Shown: one piece after another, positions 38,939 to 47,958 of the stretch
How positions within the stretch are numbered: the stretch's first letter is position 1
Layout: each line of letters starts with the position of its first letter
Assembly: GCA_017853175.1 (NCBI GenBank)
Contig: JAFMKA010000002.1
Span: forward strand, 41,651-105,650
Reading direction: 5' to 3'
Source of the DNA: Steroidobacteraceae bacterium
Lineage (GTDB): Bacteria; Pseudomonadota; Gammaproteobacteria; Steroidobacterales; Steroidobacteraceae
Length of the DNA stretch: 64,000 nucleotides
Notes under the pieces: generated by a model
What the model saw: only the letters and a program-made list of their open reading frames with translations
Told to the model about the DNA's origin: nothing
Databases searched by the model: none
Program-made: the position numbers and the translations under genes

Positions 38939-39844
38939 GTGAAATATCGACACGCGTTCCATGCTGGAAATTTCGCGGATGTGCTGAAGCACGTCACGCT
39001 GCTTGCCCTGCTCCGTTCGCTCACCAAAAAAGATAAGGGACTACTACTGCTCGACACCCATGCGGGTCGTGGTCTCTATGATTTGTCATCCAGCGAATCG
39101 AAACAGGCTAACGAGGCGGCAACCGGTATCGAGCGCTTGCTTGTTCAGGCTGCGCAAGGCGATGCGACATTCACTGGTTTGCCCGAGATCACCGATTTCC
39201 TAAATGCCGTTCGCGAAACGCGCCAACGTACGTCCTTTCGTCAGGCGTATCCCGGGTCACCCCTCATCGCACTCGCGGCTCTTCGACCTCAAGATCGACT
39301 TACCCTGATCGAGTCGCAGCCCACCGAACATGCGGCGCTGCGAGAGGCTGTCAAAAACGCAAGCAGATACGCGCGGGGGCATGGCGGAACGCCCGAATCG
39401 ATCACCATCGAATGCGCCGATGGCTACGCGCGACTATCCGCATGGCTGCCGCCCATGGAACGACGCGCACTCATCGTGATCGATCCTCCTTACGAAGATA
39501 CGGTAAGTGACTTCAAGGCCGCCGAGCGAGCCTCACAAGAGGCGTTGCGACGATTGGCTAACGCAGTGATCGCCATCTGGTATCCCATCAAGCAGGTCAA
39601 AGATACTGATGCTTGGCGATCAAGGTTGATTTCCGCGCTGCCGCAAAAGGCTGGCGGTGAGGCCCTCTCAACTCTTACCCTCGAGCTTTGGATCCATCCT
39701 CTCGACACGCGGGTCGGGCTGAACGGATCTGGGATGTCAATCATTAATCCGCCGTTTCAATTCGAGGAGCACGCCCGCCGATGGTTGCCTGCGCTGCATG
39801 CGATGCTCGATCCGCAGTGCCGCGGCGGCTGCGCCGTGAGATAA
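38939..39844 (+). CDS. rlmJ: 23S rRNA (adenine2030-N6)-methyltransferase
   Basis: The opening YRHAFHAGNFADVLKH and the later IDPPYE motif match RlmJ. GTG start. Confidence 0.85.
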   Translation: MKYRHAFHAGNFADVLKHVTLLALLRSLTKKDKGLLLLDTHAGRGLYDLSSSESKQANEAATGIERLLVQAAQGDATFTGLPEITDFLNAVRETRQRTSFRQAYPGSPLIALAALRPQDRLTLIESQPTEHAALREAVKNASRYARGHGGTPESITIECADGYARLSAWLPPMERRALIVIDPPYEDTVSDFKAAERASQEALRRLANAVIAIWYPIKQVKDTDAWRSRLISALPQKAGGEALSTLTLELWIHPLDTRVGLNGSGMSIINPPFQFEEHARRWLPALHAMLDPQCRGGCAVR

Positions 39845-39857
39845 CATCGCTCAAGTC

Positions 39858-40691
39858 ATGACGCGATCCGACAGCACTGCCTCGTCCACACTCGATCGTT
39901 ATGGCGTTGTCGGCCATCCGATCGCGCACAGTCTCTCGCCCCTGATTCATGGCGCATTTGCAGAGGCCACTCGACAACGGATGACCTATGACCGGTACGA
40001 CGTTACACCAGAAAACTTTGAGCGTGACGTCTCTGCGTTTTTCGAAAGTGGTGGTCGTGGTCTCAACGTCACGGTGCCTCACAAAGAGCGCGCCGCGGCC
40101 TGGGTCGACGAACTGACGCCGCGCGCTCGACATGCAGGCGCCGTCAATACACTCATCAAGCTCGAAGATGGTCGCATCCGAGGCGATAACACGGATGGCG
40201 CGGGACTCATGTCGGATCTTTCGAGACTGGGCGTCGCAGTGACGGGCCGTCGCCTGCTCATTCTCGGTGCTGGCGGCGCCACACGCGGCATTCTCGGACC
40301 GTTACAAGAATGTAGTCCCGCTGAAATCGTCGTCGCGAATCGTACGGCGGAGCGAGCGCGGGCCTTGGCCGGAGGCCAAGGTTGCGGTTATGACCAACTC
40401 GGTCCTTTTTTGAGTCGCGGTGGCTTTGACCTCGTGATTCATGCCACGCCGCTCGGTCTAAGCGGCGGCCTACCGGAAGTGGACTCGCGAATCATCGGAA
40501 CACGTACGTTCGCGTACGACCTCGGTTATGGGAAGCCCGACACGCCGTTCATCCGCTGGGCGCGAGAGTACGGCGCAGCCGGTGTGGCTCAAGGACTCGG
40601 GATGTTAGTGGAACAAGCGGCAGAGTCTTTCCGAATCTGGCGGGGTATCGCACCCGACACGCGAGAGGTTCACCGCAAGATCGCGGTATGA
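39858..40691 (+). CDS. aroE: shikimate dehydrogenase
   Basis: YGVVGHPIAHSLSPLIHG, NVTVPHKE, GDNTDG and GAGGATRG motifs. Confidence 0.9.
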   Translation: MTRSDSTASSTLDRYGVVGHPIAHSLSPLIHGAFAEATRQRMTYDRYDVTPENFERDVSAFFESGGRGLNVTVPHKERAAAWVDELTPRARHAGAVNTLIKLEDGRIRGDNTDGAGLMSDLSRLGVAVTGRRLLILGAGGATRGILGPLQECSPAEIVVANRTAERARALAGGQGCGYDQLGPFLSRGGFDLVIHATPLGLSGGLPEVDSRIIGTRTFAYDLGYGKPDTPFIRWAREYGAAGVAQGLGMLVEQAAESFRIWRGIAPDTREVHRKIAV

Positions 40692-40697
40692 GACGCC

Positions 40698-41003
40698 TTA
40701 CTCGTCGTTCGATCTGAAAAGTTGGTGACGCCGCGCATACCAAAAGAAGAGCGGCAGCTCCATTAACAAAAATGTCATGACCGTGAAGCCGAACCAGCCT
40801 ACCTCGGTGACGAGCAAATCGAAGCGCACTTCGGTGCCCCAGAAATTGACCCCCACCACAAGCAGCGCACAGGCATTGGCGACGAGGTCGTTGATGGCAA
40901 GTCGGTTCTGGTCAGCGCCTGCGAAGCGCGGATAGACGATGAAGTACGCGCAGAGCAGGATGACTGCATTGACCATCAGCACGAACTGTTCGGGACTGCT
41001 CAT
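40698..41003 (-). CDS. small hypothetical membrane protein (3 TM)
   Basis: 101-aa ORF with three hydrophobic helices. No family recognised. Confidence 0.45.
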   Translation of the reverse strand: MSSPEQFVLMVNAVILLCAYFIVYPRFAGADQNRLAINDLVANACALLVVGVNFWGTEVRFDLLVTEVGWFGFTVMTFLLMELPLFFWYARRHQLFRSNDE

Positions 41004-41121
41004 CGGGGGTTCCGTACGTCTTCAAAGTGTCGCATTCTATCGTGAGTGGCTCGGTTATCCTGCCGAGCTGTAATCACTGACCTTGCTTGGCAGTTCACAT
41101 TCGTCTGCTTCGGGAGTACGC

Positions 41122-42747
41122 ATGACCTCACGCATCGATCGCCGCCAGTTGATCCACGCTGCCATGTTCGGACTCGGCGCCCTGTCTTTGCCCGCCATGG
41201 GCAGTCTGCTCTCGGCGCGTGGTTTCACTCATGGCGTCGCCAGCGGCGAGCCCGATATCGACTCCGTACTGCTCTGGACGCGATTCGTCGCGGAGAGTGA
41301 TGTCCGCCTGAAGGTGGAGGTGGCTCGCGACGTGGCGTTCACTCGCATCGTGAGCGGCGGCGATGCGATCGCCGAAGTTCAGCGTGACCATACTGCGCGC
41401 CTCACGGTTCGCGGTCTCGAGCCCGGCCGTTGGTATTTTTACCGCTTCATAGCGCCGGACGGATCCATGAGTGTGACGGGGCGCACACGTACGCTACCGA
41501 CCGGCGAGGTGTCGAAATTCGGTATCGGCCTCTTCTCATGCTCCAACCTCGGTTTCGGTTGGTTCAACGCCTACGCCCACGCCTGTGAACGCAGTGACCT
41601 CGATGTCATCGTCCACGTGGGCGATTACATCTATGAGTATCCCCTTGGTAGCTATCCCGATCTGAAATCTTTGATACCTGGTCGACACATTGAGCCGGAG
41701 CACGAACTCGTCTCACTCGCCGACTACCGGTTGCGCTATGCAAGTTACCGCGTTGATCCCGATCTACAACGCCTCCATCAGTTCTATCCGATGATCGCCC
41801 AATGGGACGACCATGAATTCGCCAACGATACATGGACAGACGGCGCTGAAAATCATCAGCCCGCCACCGAAGGCGATTGGTCTGTACGAAGGGCCGCTGC
41901 TGAAAAGGTATATCGCGAATGGATGCCCGTCAGCGACTTGCGTTGGCGCGACTATCAGATCGGCTCGCTAGCCACACTCTTCAAACTCGAAACACGCATC
42001 TCGGGTCGCAGCGCTCCGCCAGATCTCGAAAGCGCACTTAAAGATCGCGAAGACATCGCTAAGGCGCTCGTCGAGTTTCGTGAGGGTACGGTCAAGTCGT
42101 CGAGTCGAACGATGCTCGGTGCAGAGCAAGAGCAGTGGCTACGTCGCGGCTTACGACGATCAACGGCATTCAAAACTCGATGGCAGGTCTTGGCGCAGCA
42201 GGTGTTGATGGGTGAAATCATCATGCCGCAGGACGCCGCGAAATGGATCGGACCCGATTCTCCTGAATTCATTCGCCGCAGACTTCGCGCGGGTCTTGCC
42301 GCTGCGCGCGCGGGCTTACCGTACAACCTCGACAGCTGGGGCGGATATCCGGCCGCCCGAGAACGTCTTCTCAAAGATGCGGCAGACGCCAACGCCGACC
42401 TCGTCGTTCTCGCCGGCGATACTCACAATGCGTGGGCGCAAAACCTGACTCTCGGAAAGCAGCGAGTGGGTGTCGAGTTCGCCACTCAGTCCGTGGCATC
42501 TCCCGGCTTCGAATACAATCTGCCAGGAGTCGATCCGCGCGAGGTTGCTTGCGCCATCACGGCACACAACCCTGGCCTCGTGTACATGGACGCGAGCCGA
42601 CGGGGTTATACGAGCATTCAACTTACGCCCGAGTCGGTGTCCGGCCAGTTCCATTTTCTCCAGACGGTTCGCACACGCAGTACGGCACTCGAGGAAACAC
42701 GAACTCTTCGCGTAGATCGCGGCATCCGAAAACTTGAAATCGTCTGA
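41122..42747 (+). CDS. phoD: alkaline phosphatase D family protein (Tat-exported)
   Basis: Trimmed to ATG 41122. Twin-arginine signal SRIDRRQLIHAAMFGLGALSLPA. GVASGEP, HVGDYIYE, WDDHEF and GDTHNAW are PhoD metallophosphatase motifs. Confidence 0.85.
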   Translation: MTSRIDRRQLIHAAMFGLGALSLPAMGSLLSARGFTHGVASGEPDIDSVLLWTRFVAESDVRLKVEVARDVAFTRIVSGGDAIAEVQRDHTARLTVRGLEPGRWYFYRFIAPDGSMSVTGRTRTLPTGEVSKFGIGLFSCSNLGFGWFNAYAHACERSDLDVIVHVGDYIYEYPLGSYPDLKSLIPGRHIEPEHELVSLADYRLRYASYRVDPDLQRLHQFYPMIAQWDDHEFANDTWTDGAENHQPATEGDWSVRRAAAEKVYREWMPVSDLRWRDYQIGSLATLFKLETRISGRSAPPDLESALKDREDIAKALVEFREGTVKSSSRTMLGAEQEQWLRRGLRRSTAFKTRWQVLAQQVLMGEIIMPQDAAKWIGPDSPEFIRRRLRAGLAAARAGLPYNLDSWGGYPAARERLLKDAADANADLVVLAGDTHNAWAQNLTLGKQRVGVEFATQSVASPGFEYNLPGVDPREVACAITAHNPGLVYMDASRRGYTSIQLTPESVSGQFHFLQTVRTRSTALEETRTLRVDRGIRKLEIV

Positions 42748-44021
42748 TGAACGCTCATCTCGTCACTGTAGTTTTCGTCACCGTCCTCAGTCTCAGCCTG
42801 TTGTTGAGAGTGTGGCTTGCCCGAAGACAAATCGCACACGTCAGTGCGCATCGCGATCGAGTCCCTGAGGGCTTTCGAGACGTCATCAGCGCCGAGGCCC
42901 ATGCCAAAGCCGCCGACTACACCTGCGCGAATCAAAGATTCGGACTGATCCAGTTGGGGTTCGGCACGCTGGTACTGATTGGGTGGACAGTCGGCGGCGG
43001 ACTCAATCTTCTGAACGATGGCGTACAGCGTTTTTTCGGAGGCGATGAAGGCGCCTCAGCCAGTCTTCTCTATCCCGTCACCCTAGTCGTGCTCTTCACA
43101 CTCATCGGTAGCGTCATAGAACTACCCTTCGAGTGGTATCAGAACTTTCGAATCGAAGAGAAGTTCGGTTTCAACCGAATGACGCATCGATTGTGGGTCA
43201 GCGACATCATCAAAAATACGTTGCTTTCGCTCGCGATCGGCATACCGCTCATCGCCGCGGTCCTTTGGTTGATGGGCGCTGCGGGTCCTGCGTGGTGGCT
43301 GTGGGCTTGGGCGCTGTGGATGGCGTTCAATTTATTACTCATGGTCATCTACCCGCTCTTCATTGCGCCACTCTTCAATGAATTCAAACCACTCGAAGAC
43401 GAAACACTTCGCGCTCGAGTTAATGATTTGATACAGCGCTGTGGCTTTTCGGCGAAAGGTCTATTCGTGATGGATGGCAGTAAGCGATCAGCCCAGTCGA
43501 ATGCGTACTTCACCGGCATCGGGCGATCCAAGCGGGTCGTCTTCTACGACACGCTGCTCGCACGCCTATCGACCGGCGAACTCGAGGCGGTGCTCGCGCA
43601 TGAGCTCGGACACTTTCATCACAAGCACATCGTCAAGTTGATCGCCGGACTCTTCATCATGAGCCTGATCGGACTTGCCACGCTCGGCTGGCTGGCGCAG
43701 CAGCCTGCGTTCTATCTTGGTCTAGGGGTAACGCCCAATGCGTCGGCTTCCAACGATGCGCTCGCGTTATTGCTTTTCCTTTTGGTCTTGCCCTGCGTGA
43801 GCGTCGTCTTCGGGCCGCTCTCGAGTCGTCGGTCGCGTCAGTACGAGTTTCAGGCTGACGCCTACGCCAAGAAGCAGTCGAGTGGCGCGGACCTCGGTAC
43901 CGCCCTCGTCAAATTGACCGAGGACAACGCGAGCACCCTGACCCCAGACCCGTGGTACGTCCGGTTCAACTACTCGCACCCCCCGGTCATCGAGCGACTG
44001 GCGGCTCTCAAATCGGGGTAA
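42747..44021 (+). CDS. M48 family zinc metallopeptidase (Ste24-like)
   Basis: ATG overlaps the phoD stop by 1 nt. Multi-TM N-terminus and HELGHFHHKH (HExxH), with a downstream Glu region as in Ste24/HtpX-type M48 peptidases. Confidence 0.85.
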   Translation: MNAHLVTVVFVTVLSLSLLLRVWLARRQIAHVSAHRDRVPEGFRDVISAEAHAKAADYTCANQRFGLIQLGFGTLVLIGWTVGGGLNLLNDGVQRFFGGDEGASASLLYPVTLVVLFTLIGSVIELPFEWYQNFRIEEKFGFNRMTHRLWVSDIIKNTLLSLAIGIPLIAAVLWLMGAAGPAWWLWAWALWMAFNLLLMVIYPLFIAPLFNEFKPLEDETLRARVNDLIQRCGFSAKGLFVMDGSKRSAQSNAYFTGIGRSKRVVFYDTLLARLSTGELEAVLAHELGHFHHKHIVKLIAGLFIMSLIGLATLGWLAQQPAFYLGLGVTPNASASNDALALLLFLLVLPCVSVVFGPLSSRRSRQYEFQADAYAKKQSSGADLGTALVKLTEDNASTLTPDPWYVRFNYSHPPVIERLAALKSG

Positions 44022-44067
44022 CCCCTCGCCCGCTCCCAAAACGCCCGTTCCGGGCGTACCCCGACTA

Positions 44068-44114
44068 TTGACTCGGGTGCATTAATATGCATAATTCACG
44101 CACTTTTATGCATA
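44068..44114 (+). promoter_or_regulatory. candidate sigma-70 promoter overlapped by tandem ARG-box-like palindromes (ArgR autoregulation of the arg operon)
   Basis: TTGACT (44068-73), 16-17 nt spacer, then CATAAT/ATAATT (44090-96). TGCAT-TAAT-ATGCA lies at 44078-44091 and CGCAC-TTTT-ATGCA at 44099-44112, 21 bp apart. The perfect palindrome TATGCATA occurs twice (44086-93, 44107-14). Confidence 0.5.
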
Positions 44115-44557
44115 CCGACCTCCAACAGAACGAGCGCCGAAACGCCATCCTCCGCCTGCTGCGGGGTAGTGCCGTTCGCAAACAGGAGGAGATCGTCGAC
44201 CTGCTGAAGGAGCAGGGTTTTCCCGTGACTCAGTCGTCGGTGAGTCGAGATCTGCGTGATCTCGGCGTGCTCAAGGCTGGGGGGCGCTATCTCGCGCCCG
44301 ATGCCACGCAACGCTCGCTCGACGACTTCGGCACCCTGCGGCAGTTCGTCCGAGGGATCGCGACCGCAGGCGGCTCACTCACCGTACTAAGAACCACCGT
44401 CGGCGCGGCCCAGAGTGTCGCGATCGCCATCGACAAGGCCGAGTGGCCCGAAATCATCGGAACGATCTCGGGTGACGACACTATTTTCATCGCCACCGAC
44501 AGCGCCGCTGCGCAGACGGCCGTCGTCGCGCGTCTGCGCGAACTTTTCCGCGTCTAA
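44108..44557 (+). CDS. argR: arginine repressor
   Basis: The wHTH RRNAILRLLRGSAVRKQEEIVDLLKEQGFPVTQSSVSRDLRDLG and the C-terminal oligomerisation/arginine-binding domain (GTISGDDTIFI) match ArgR. The first in-frame ATG (44087) lies inside the putative -10, so ATG 44108 is preferred. Confidence 0.85.
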   Translation: MHTDLQQNERRNAILRLLRGSAVRKQEEIVDLLKEQGFPVTQSSVSRDLRDLGVLKAGGRYLAPDATQRSLDDFGTLRQFVRGIATAGGSLTVLRTTVGAAQSVAIAIDKAEWPEIIGTISGDDTIFIATDSAAAQTAVVARLRELFRV

Positions 44558-44566
44558 GGATTTTCC

Positions 44567-45793
44567 ATGTCTCAGCCTATCGTTCTCGCCTACTCGGGCG
44601 GCCTAGATACCTCTTTCCTGGTTCCGTGGCTCAAGGAGCAATACCAGCGTCCGATCATCACGGTCACGGTCGACACGGGAGGTATCGATGCCGAGACGGC
44701 CAAGACGCTCGAACAGCGAGCGCTCGCCCTCGGTGCCGTCGAGCACCATCAGATCGACGCCCGTGCCGATTACTTTGATCAAGTGCTGCGATTTCTCATC
44801 ATGGGTAACGTCCGACGCGGTCAGCTTTATCCGCTTTGCGTCGGCGCCGAGCGCGTCATGCAGGCCCAGACCATCGCGGTCATGGCACGAAAGCTGGGAA
44901 CCAGCAGCATCGCTCACGGCTGTACGGCAGCAGGAAATGATCAAGTTCGCTTCGAAGTCGCCCTGCGAACGCTCGCGCCCGAACTCGAGGTGATCGCGCC
45001 GGTTCGAGACAGGCACTTCAAGCGACAAGAAGAGTTGGAATTTCTACAGACTCGAAAACTACCCGTACCTCCCTTTGGAGCCGCTTACTCGATCAATCGC
45101 GGTCTCTGGGGCGTGAGCATCGGCGGTAAAGAAACGCTGACCTCGCAAGGCAGCATTCCCGATGACGCCTGGGTGCTCTCAAAAGAGGCCTTCACCAAAC
45201 CACGAGCGCCCGAGAGACATACGGTGCACTTTCAGAACGGCGTGCCCTGCGGTCTCGATGGCAAGACGATGTCGCCCGTAGAAGTGATTGAGTCGCTTGA
45301 AGCACTCGCCGGTCCTTTCGGAATCGGTCGGGGCATCCATCTCGGCGACACCATCATCGGTACCAAAGGGCGCGTGGCCTTCGAAGCGCCCGCAGCCGAA
45401 GTGCTGCTCAATGCCCATCGCGAACTGGAGAAGCTCGTACTCACCGGGCGACAACAGCGTATCAAAGAAATGCTGTCGGGCCCGTATGGCGACTGGGTTC
45501 ATGAAGGGCAACTACTCGATCCGGTATGCCGCGACATCGAGGCGCTCTTCATCTCGTCTCAGCAACGCGTAACGGGCATCGTAACCGTGCTCTTCCGTCC
45601 CGGATCCGTTTTCGTCGAGGGCGTGGACTCTCCGTACTCGCTGATGGCCGCCTCAAAGGGTGTGTATGGCGAAGCCACGGGAGAATGGACTGCCGCCGAC
45701 GCACTCGGCTTTTCGCGCATCGTCGGACTTACAGGTGTTTTCCATCGTCGAGCGGGTGAACTCGCAACAGCTCAGGGGACTTCCAAGAAATGA
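44567..45793 (+). CDS. argG: argininosuccinate synthase
   Basis: The N-terminal PP-loop VLAYSGGLDTS, then AHGCTAAGNDQVRFE. Confidence 0.95.
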   Translation: MSQPIVLAYSGGLDTSFLVPWLKEQYQRPIITVTVDTGGIDAETAKTLEQRALALGAVEHHQIDARADYFDQVLRFLIMGNVRRGQLYPLCVGAERVMQAQTIAVMARKLGTSSIAHGCTAAGNDQVRFEVALRTLAPELEVIAPVRDRHFKRQEELEFLQTRKLPVPPFGAAYSINRGLWGVSIGGKETLTSQGSIPDDAWVLSKEAFTKPRAPERHTVHFQNGVPCGLDGKTMSPVEVIESLEALAGPFGIGRGIHLGDTIIGTKGRVAFEAPAAEVLLNAHRELEKLVLTGRQQRIKEMLSGPYGDWVHEGQLLDPVCRDIEALFISSQQRVTGIVTVLFRPGSVFVEGVDSPYSLMAASKGVYGEATGEWTAADALGFSRIVGLTGVFHRRAGELATAQGTSKK

Positions 45794-46869
45794 GAACCAT
45801 CGTCGTCGACAAGATCGCCTCCGTCACGCAGGCCTGTGGTCTCGGACAAGAGGTGCGCATCGCCACGGAAAATCTACCTTCTGAAGAAGGTGTCGTGGTG
45901 GTCGTGGAAATCCTGAACACCAAGTCGAGCTACAACACGCTCGAACTGACGAGCGGCCGCATGGCGAAGGTTACGAAGGGCGACATCGTGGTGGGCGCCC
46001 TCGGACATCGCAAAGCGCTCTTCGGCTATTCGGGTCACGTACCCGAAAAACTCGCGGTCGGCGATGTGATCCAGATGCTCAACATCGGCGGCGTCTTGGG
46101 CGTTTGCGACTCAGCCAACCCTGACAAAGGCAAACCCTTCGACTGTCGCGTACTGGGTGTGGTGCTGCACTTCCCCTACCTCGGCGAGCGTATCGGCGTA
46201 CCGGCACGAGCCGGTTATCGAAAACTCGATCTCGCAGCGCCGCTCGATGCTCAAGGCGTGCCCGTCGTGGCGCTCGCCGGTACCTGCATGGAAGCGGGCA
46301 AAACCGCCGCAGCGTGCGCGATGGTGAGCCGCATGCGGCACCGTGGTCTCGTGGTCGATTGTTTCAAGGCGACCGGCGTCTCGCTCCGTCGCGACATCCT
46401 CGCCATGGAAGATGCGGGCGCGAGAAATTCGATGATCTTCACCGACCTCGGGATCATCACCACGACCCGCACCGTCGGCCCTGCGCTAACACGTACGATG
46501 ATCACCGACATTGCCGTCAAGAAACCCGATGTCATCGTCTTCGAGCTCGGCGATGGCATTCTCGGCACCTATGGCGTCGACTCAATCCTCGAATGCGCCG
46601 ATATTCGTAAAGCGCTGACGGGCGTCGTGCTGTCTGCGAACGATCCGGTCGCGGCTTGGGGCGGCGTCAAATTGCTGCGTGAGCGCTTCGGTATCGAGCC
46701 TTGCGCCGTGACGGGTCCAGCCACCGACAACGCCGTCGGTGTCGACATCATTCGCGAGCAGATGAACGTCGCCGCGTTCAATGCGCTCTCGGATGGTGCA
46801 GCGCTCGGCGACTGCGTCATCGATGCCATCGGACTCGGCGCTCGATTCCCAGTGGTGGCTGCATCGTGA
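45790..46869 (+). CDS. uncharacterised protein embedded in the arg operon (N-terminal beta-rich domain + P-loop-like domain, possibly DUF1611-like)
   Basis: ATGA overlap with argG and GTGA overlap with argC. High GC3. The central VVALAGTCMEAGKTAAACAMVSRMRHRGL looks like a Walker-A-like loop, followed by DVIVFELGDGIL (Walker-B-like). No GNAT, ArgJ or M20 deacylase motifs seen. Confidence 0.75.
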   Translation: MRTIVVDKIASVTQACGLGQEVRIATENLPSEEGVVVVVEILNTKSSYNTLELTSGRMAKVTKGDIVVGALGHRKALFGYSGHVPEKLAVGDVIQMLNIGGVLGVCDSANPDKGKPFDCRVLGVVLHFPYLGERIGVPARAGYRKLDLAAPLDAQGVPVVALAGTCMEAGKTAAACAMVSRMRHRGLVVDCFKATGVSLRRDILAMEDAGARNSMIFTDLGIITTTRTVGPALTRTMITDIAVKKPDVIVFELGDGILGTYGVDSILECADIRKALTGVVLSANDPVAAWGGVKLLRERFGIEPCAVTGPATDNAVGVDIIREQMNVAAFNALSDGAALGDCVIDAIGLGARFPVVAAS

Positions 46870-47933
46870 ACAAGATTCCGACACTGGTACTCGGCGGTAC
46901 GGGCTACGTCGCGGGCGAAGTCCTTCGCCTCGTGGCGGGTCATCCGCAACTCGAGATCGTCGGTGTCATGTCCGACTCGCAACCCGGGGAATCCGTTGCG
47001 AAAGCGTTCTCTCATCTTGCGCCAGCGCTGGGTGATCTGCGCTTTCTCTCTGAATCCGACATCACGACACTCATCACGACGCTACCGACGAGTGCTGTCT
47101 TTTCTGCAGCGCCACATGGCGTAAGTGCGGCACTCATCGACAAGCTGTTACGAGCTGCGGAAGCCGCGGGGACACACCCTCACGTGGTCGATATCTCGGC
47201 GGACTACCGCTACGCCTCAGCTGAGGCGTATGCCGCGGTCTATAAGCATCCGCACGGCGCGCCGTCACGACTCAAAGATTTCACCTGTGCCCTACCCGAA
47301 CATTTGAAAAAATCGCCTACACTGCACGTCGCCCACCCGGGCTGCTTCGCGACGGCGACCTTACTGGCGAGTGTCCCGCTGCTCTCGTTGGGTCTCATCC
47401 AGCCAACGTTATTCGTCAGCGGCGTCACGGGCAGCACGGGCTCAGGTCGAAAACCGGTCGACGGCACTCATCATCCGACCCGGCACAGTGATCTTTACGC
47501 TTACAACGCCCTCGCCCATCGTCACGCACCGGAAATCACCGCCTGTGCTGCGGCGGCGAGCGGCATCACGGCGAACTTCGCCTTCGTGCCCCACTCTGGT
47601 CCGTTCGCACGCGGTATCCATGTCACCGTACAAGCCACTCTCGCGACGGCGCATTCCGGCCTCGACACCCAAACACTCCTCGCCAAGTTGCGAAATTTTT
47701 ATGAGGGCTCGACGTTCGTTAACGTTGTCGACGCTCCGCCCCGCCTAAAAGACGTGGTCGCAAGCAACTACGCGCGCCTTCATGCCTCCACCGACGGTCG
47801 AACGATCGCCGTGATGTGCGTGATCGACAACCTCACCAAAGGCGCTGCAGGTGGCGCAGTTCAGTGGATGAACCGATTGCTCAATTTGCCTGAGCACACC
47901 GGTCTCACCGCGCCGGCTGCAGGCTGGACCTGA
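46866..47933 (+). CDS. argC: N-acyl-gamma-glutamyl-phosphate reductase
   Basis: ORF 46701..47933 trimmed to GTG 46866, which overlaps the upstream TGA. LVLGGTGYVAGE NAD motif and catalytic Cys context HPGCFATA. Confidence 0.9.
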   Translation: MNKIPTLVLGGTGYVAGEVLRLVAGHPQLEIVGVMSDSQPGESVAKAFSHLAPALGDLRFLSESDITTLITTLPTSAVFSAAPHGVSAALIDKLLRAAEAAGTHPHVVDISADYRYASAEAYAAVYKHPHGAPSRLKDFTCALPEHLKKSPTLHVAHPGCFATATLLASVPLLSLGLIQPTLFVSGVTGSTGSGRKPVDGTHHPTRHSDLYAYNALAHRHAPEITACAAAASGITANFAFVPHSGPFARGIHVTVQATLATAHSGLDTQTLLAKLRNFYEGSTFVNVVDAPPRLKDVVASNYARLHASTDGRTIAVMCVIDNLTKGAAGGAVQWMNRLLNLPEHTGLTAPAAGWT

Positions 47934-47958
47934 CCTTATTCCTTACGAGTCATCACTC

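Noticed and set aside
38587-39057. 156-aa minus-strand ORF spanning the topA tail and the rlmJ start.
   Set aside because: It is antisense to the Lys/Ala-rich tail, so it is automatically Ala/Phe/Leu-rich. It crosses a gene boundary and has no support.
41068-41085. CTGTAAT-CACT-GACCTTG upstream of phoD, considered as a Pho box.
   Set aside because: Only the first 7-mer resembles the CTGTCAT repeat. The second half-site does not match, so the support is too weak.
44041-44058. ACGCCCG-TTC-CGGGCGT hairpin after the M48 peptidase gene, considered as a terminator.
   Set aside because: No U-tract follows it (ACCCCGAC). It may pause or stabilise transcripts, but it cannot be called an intrinsic terminator.
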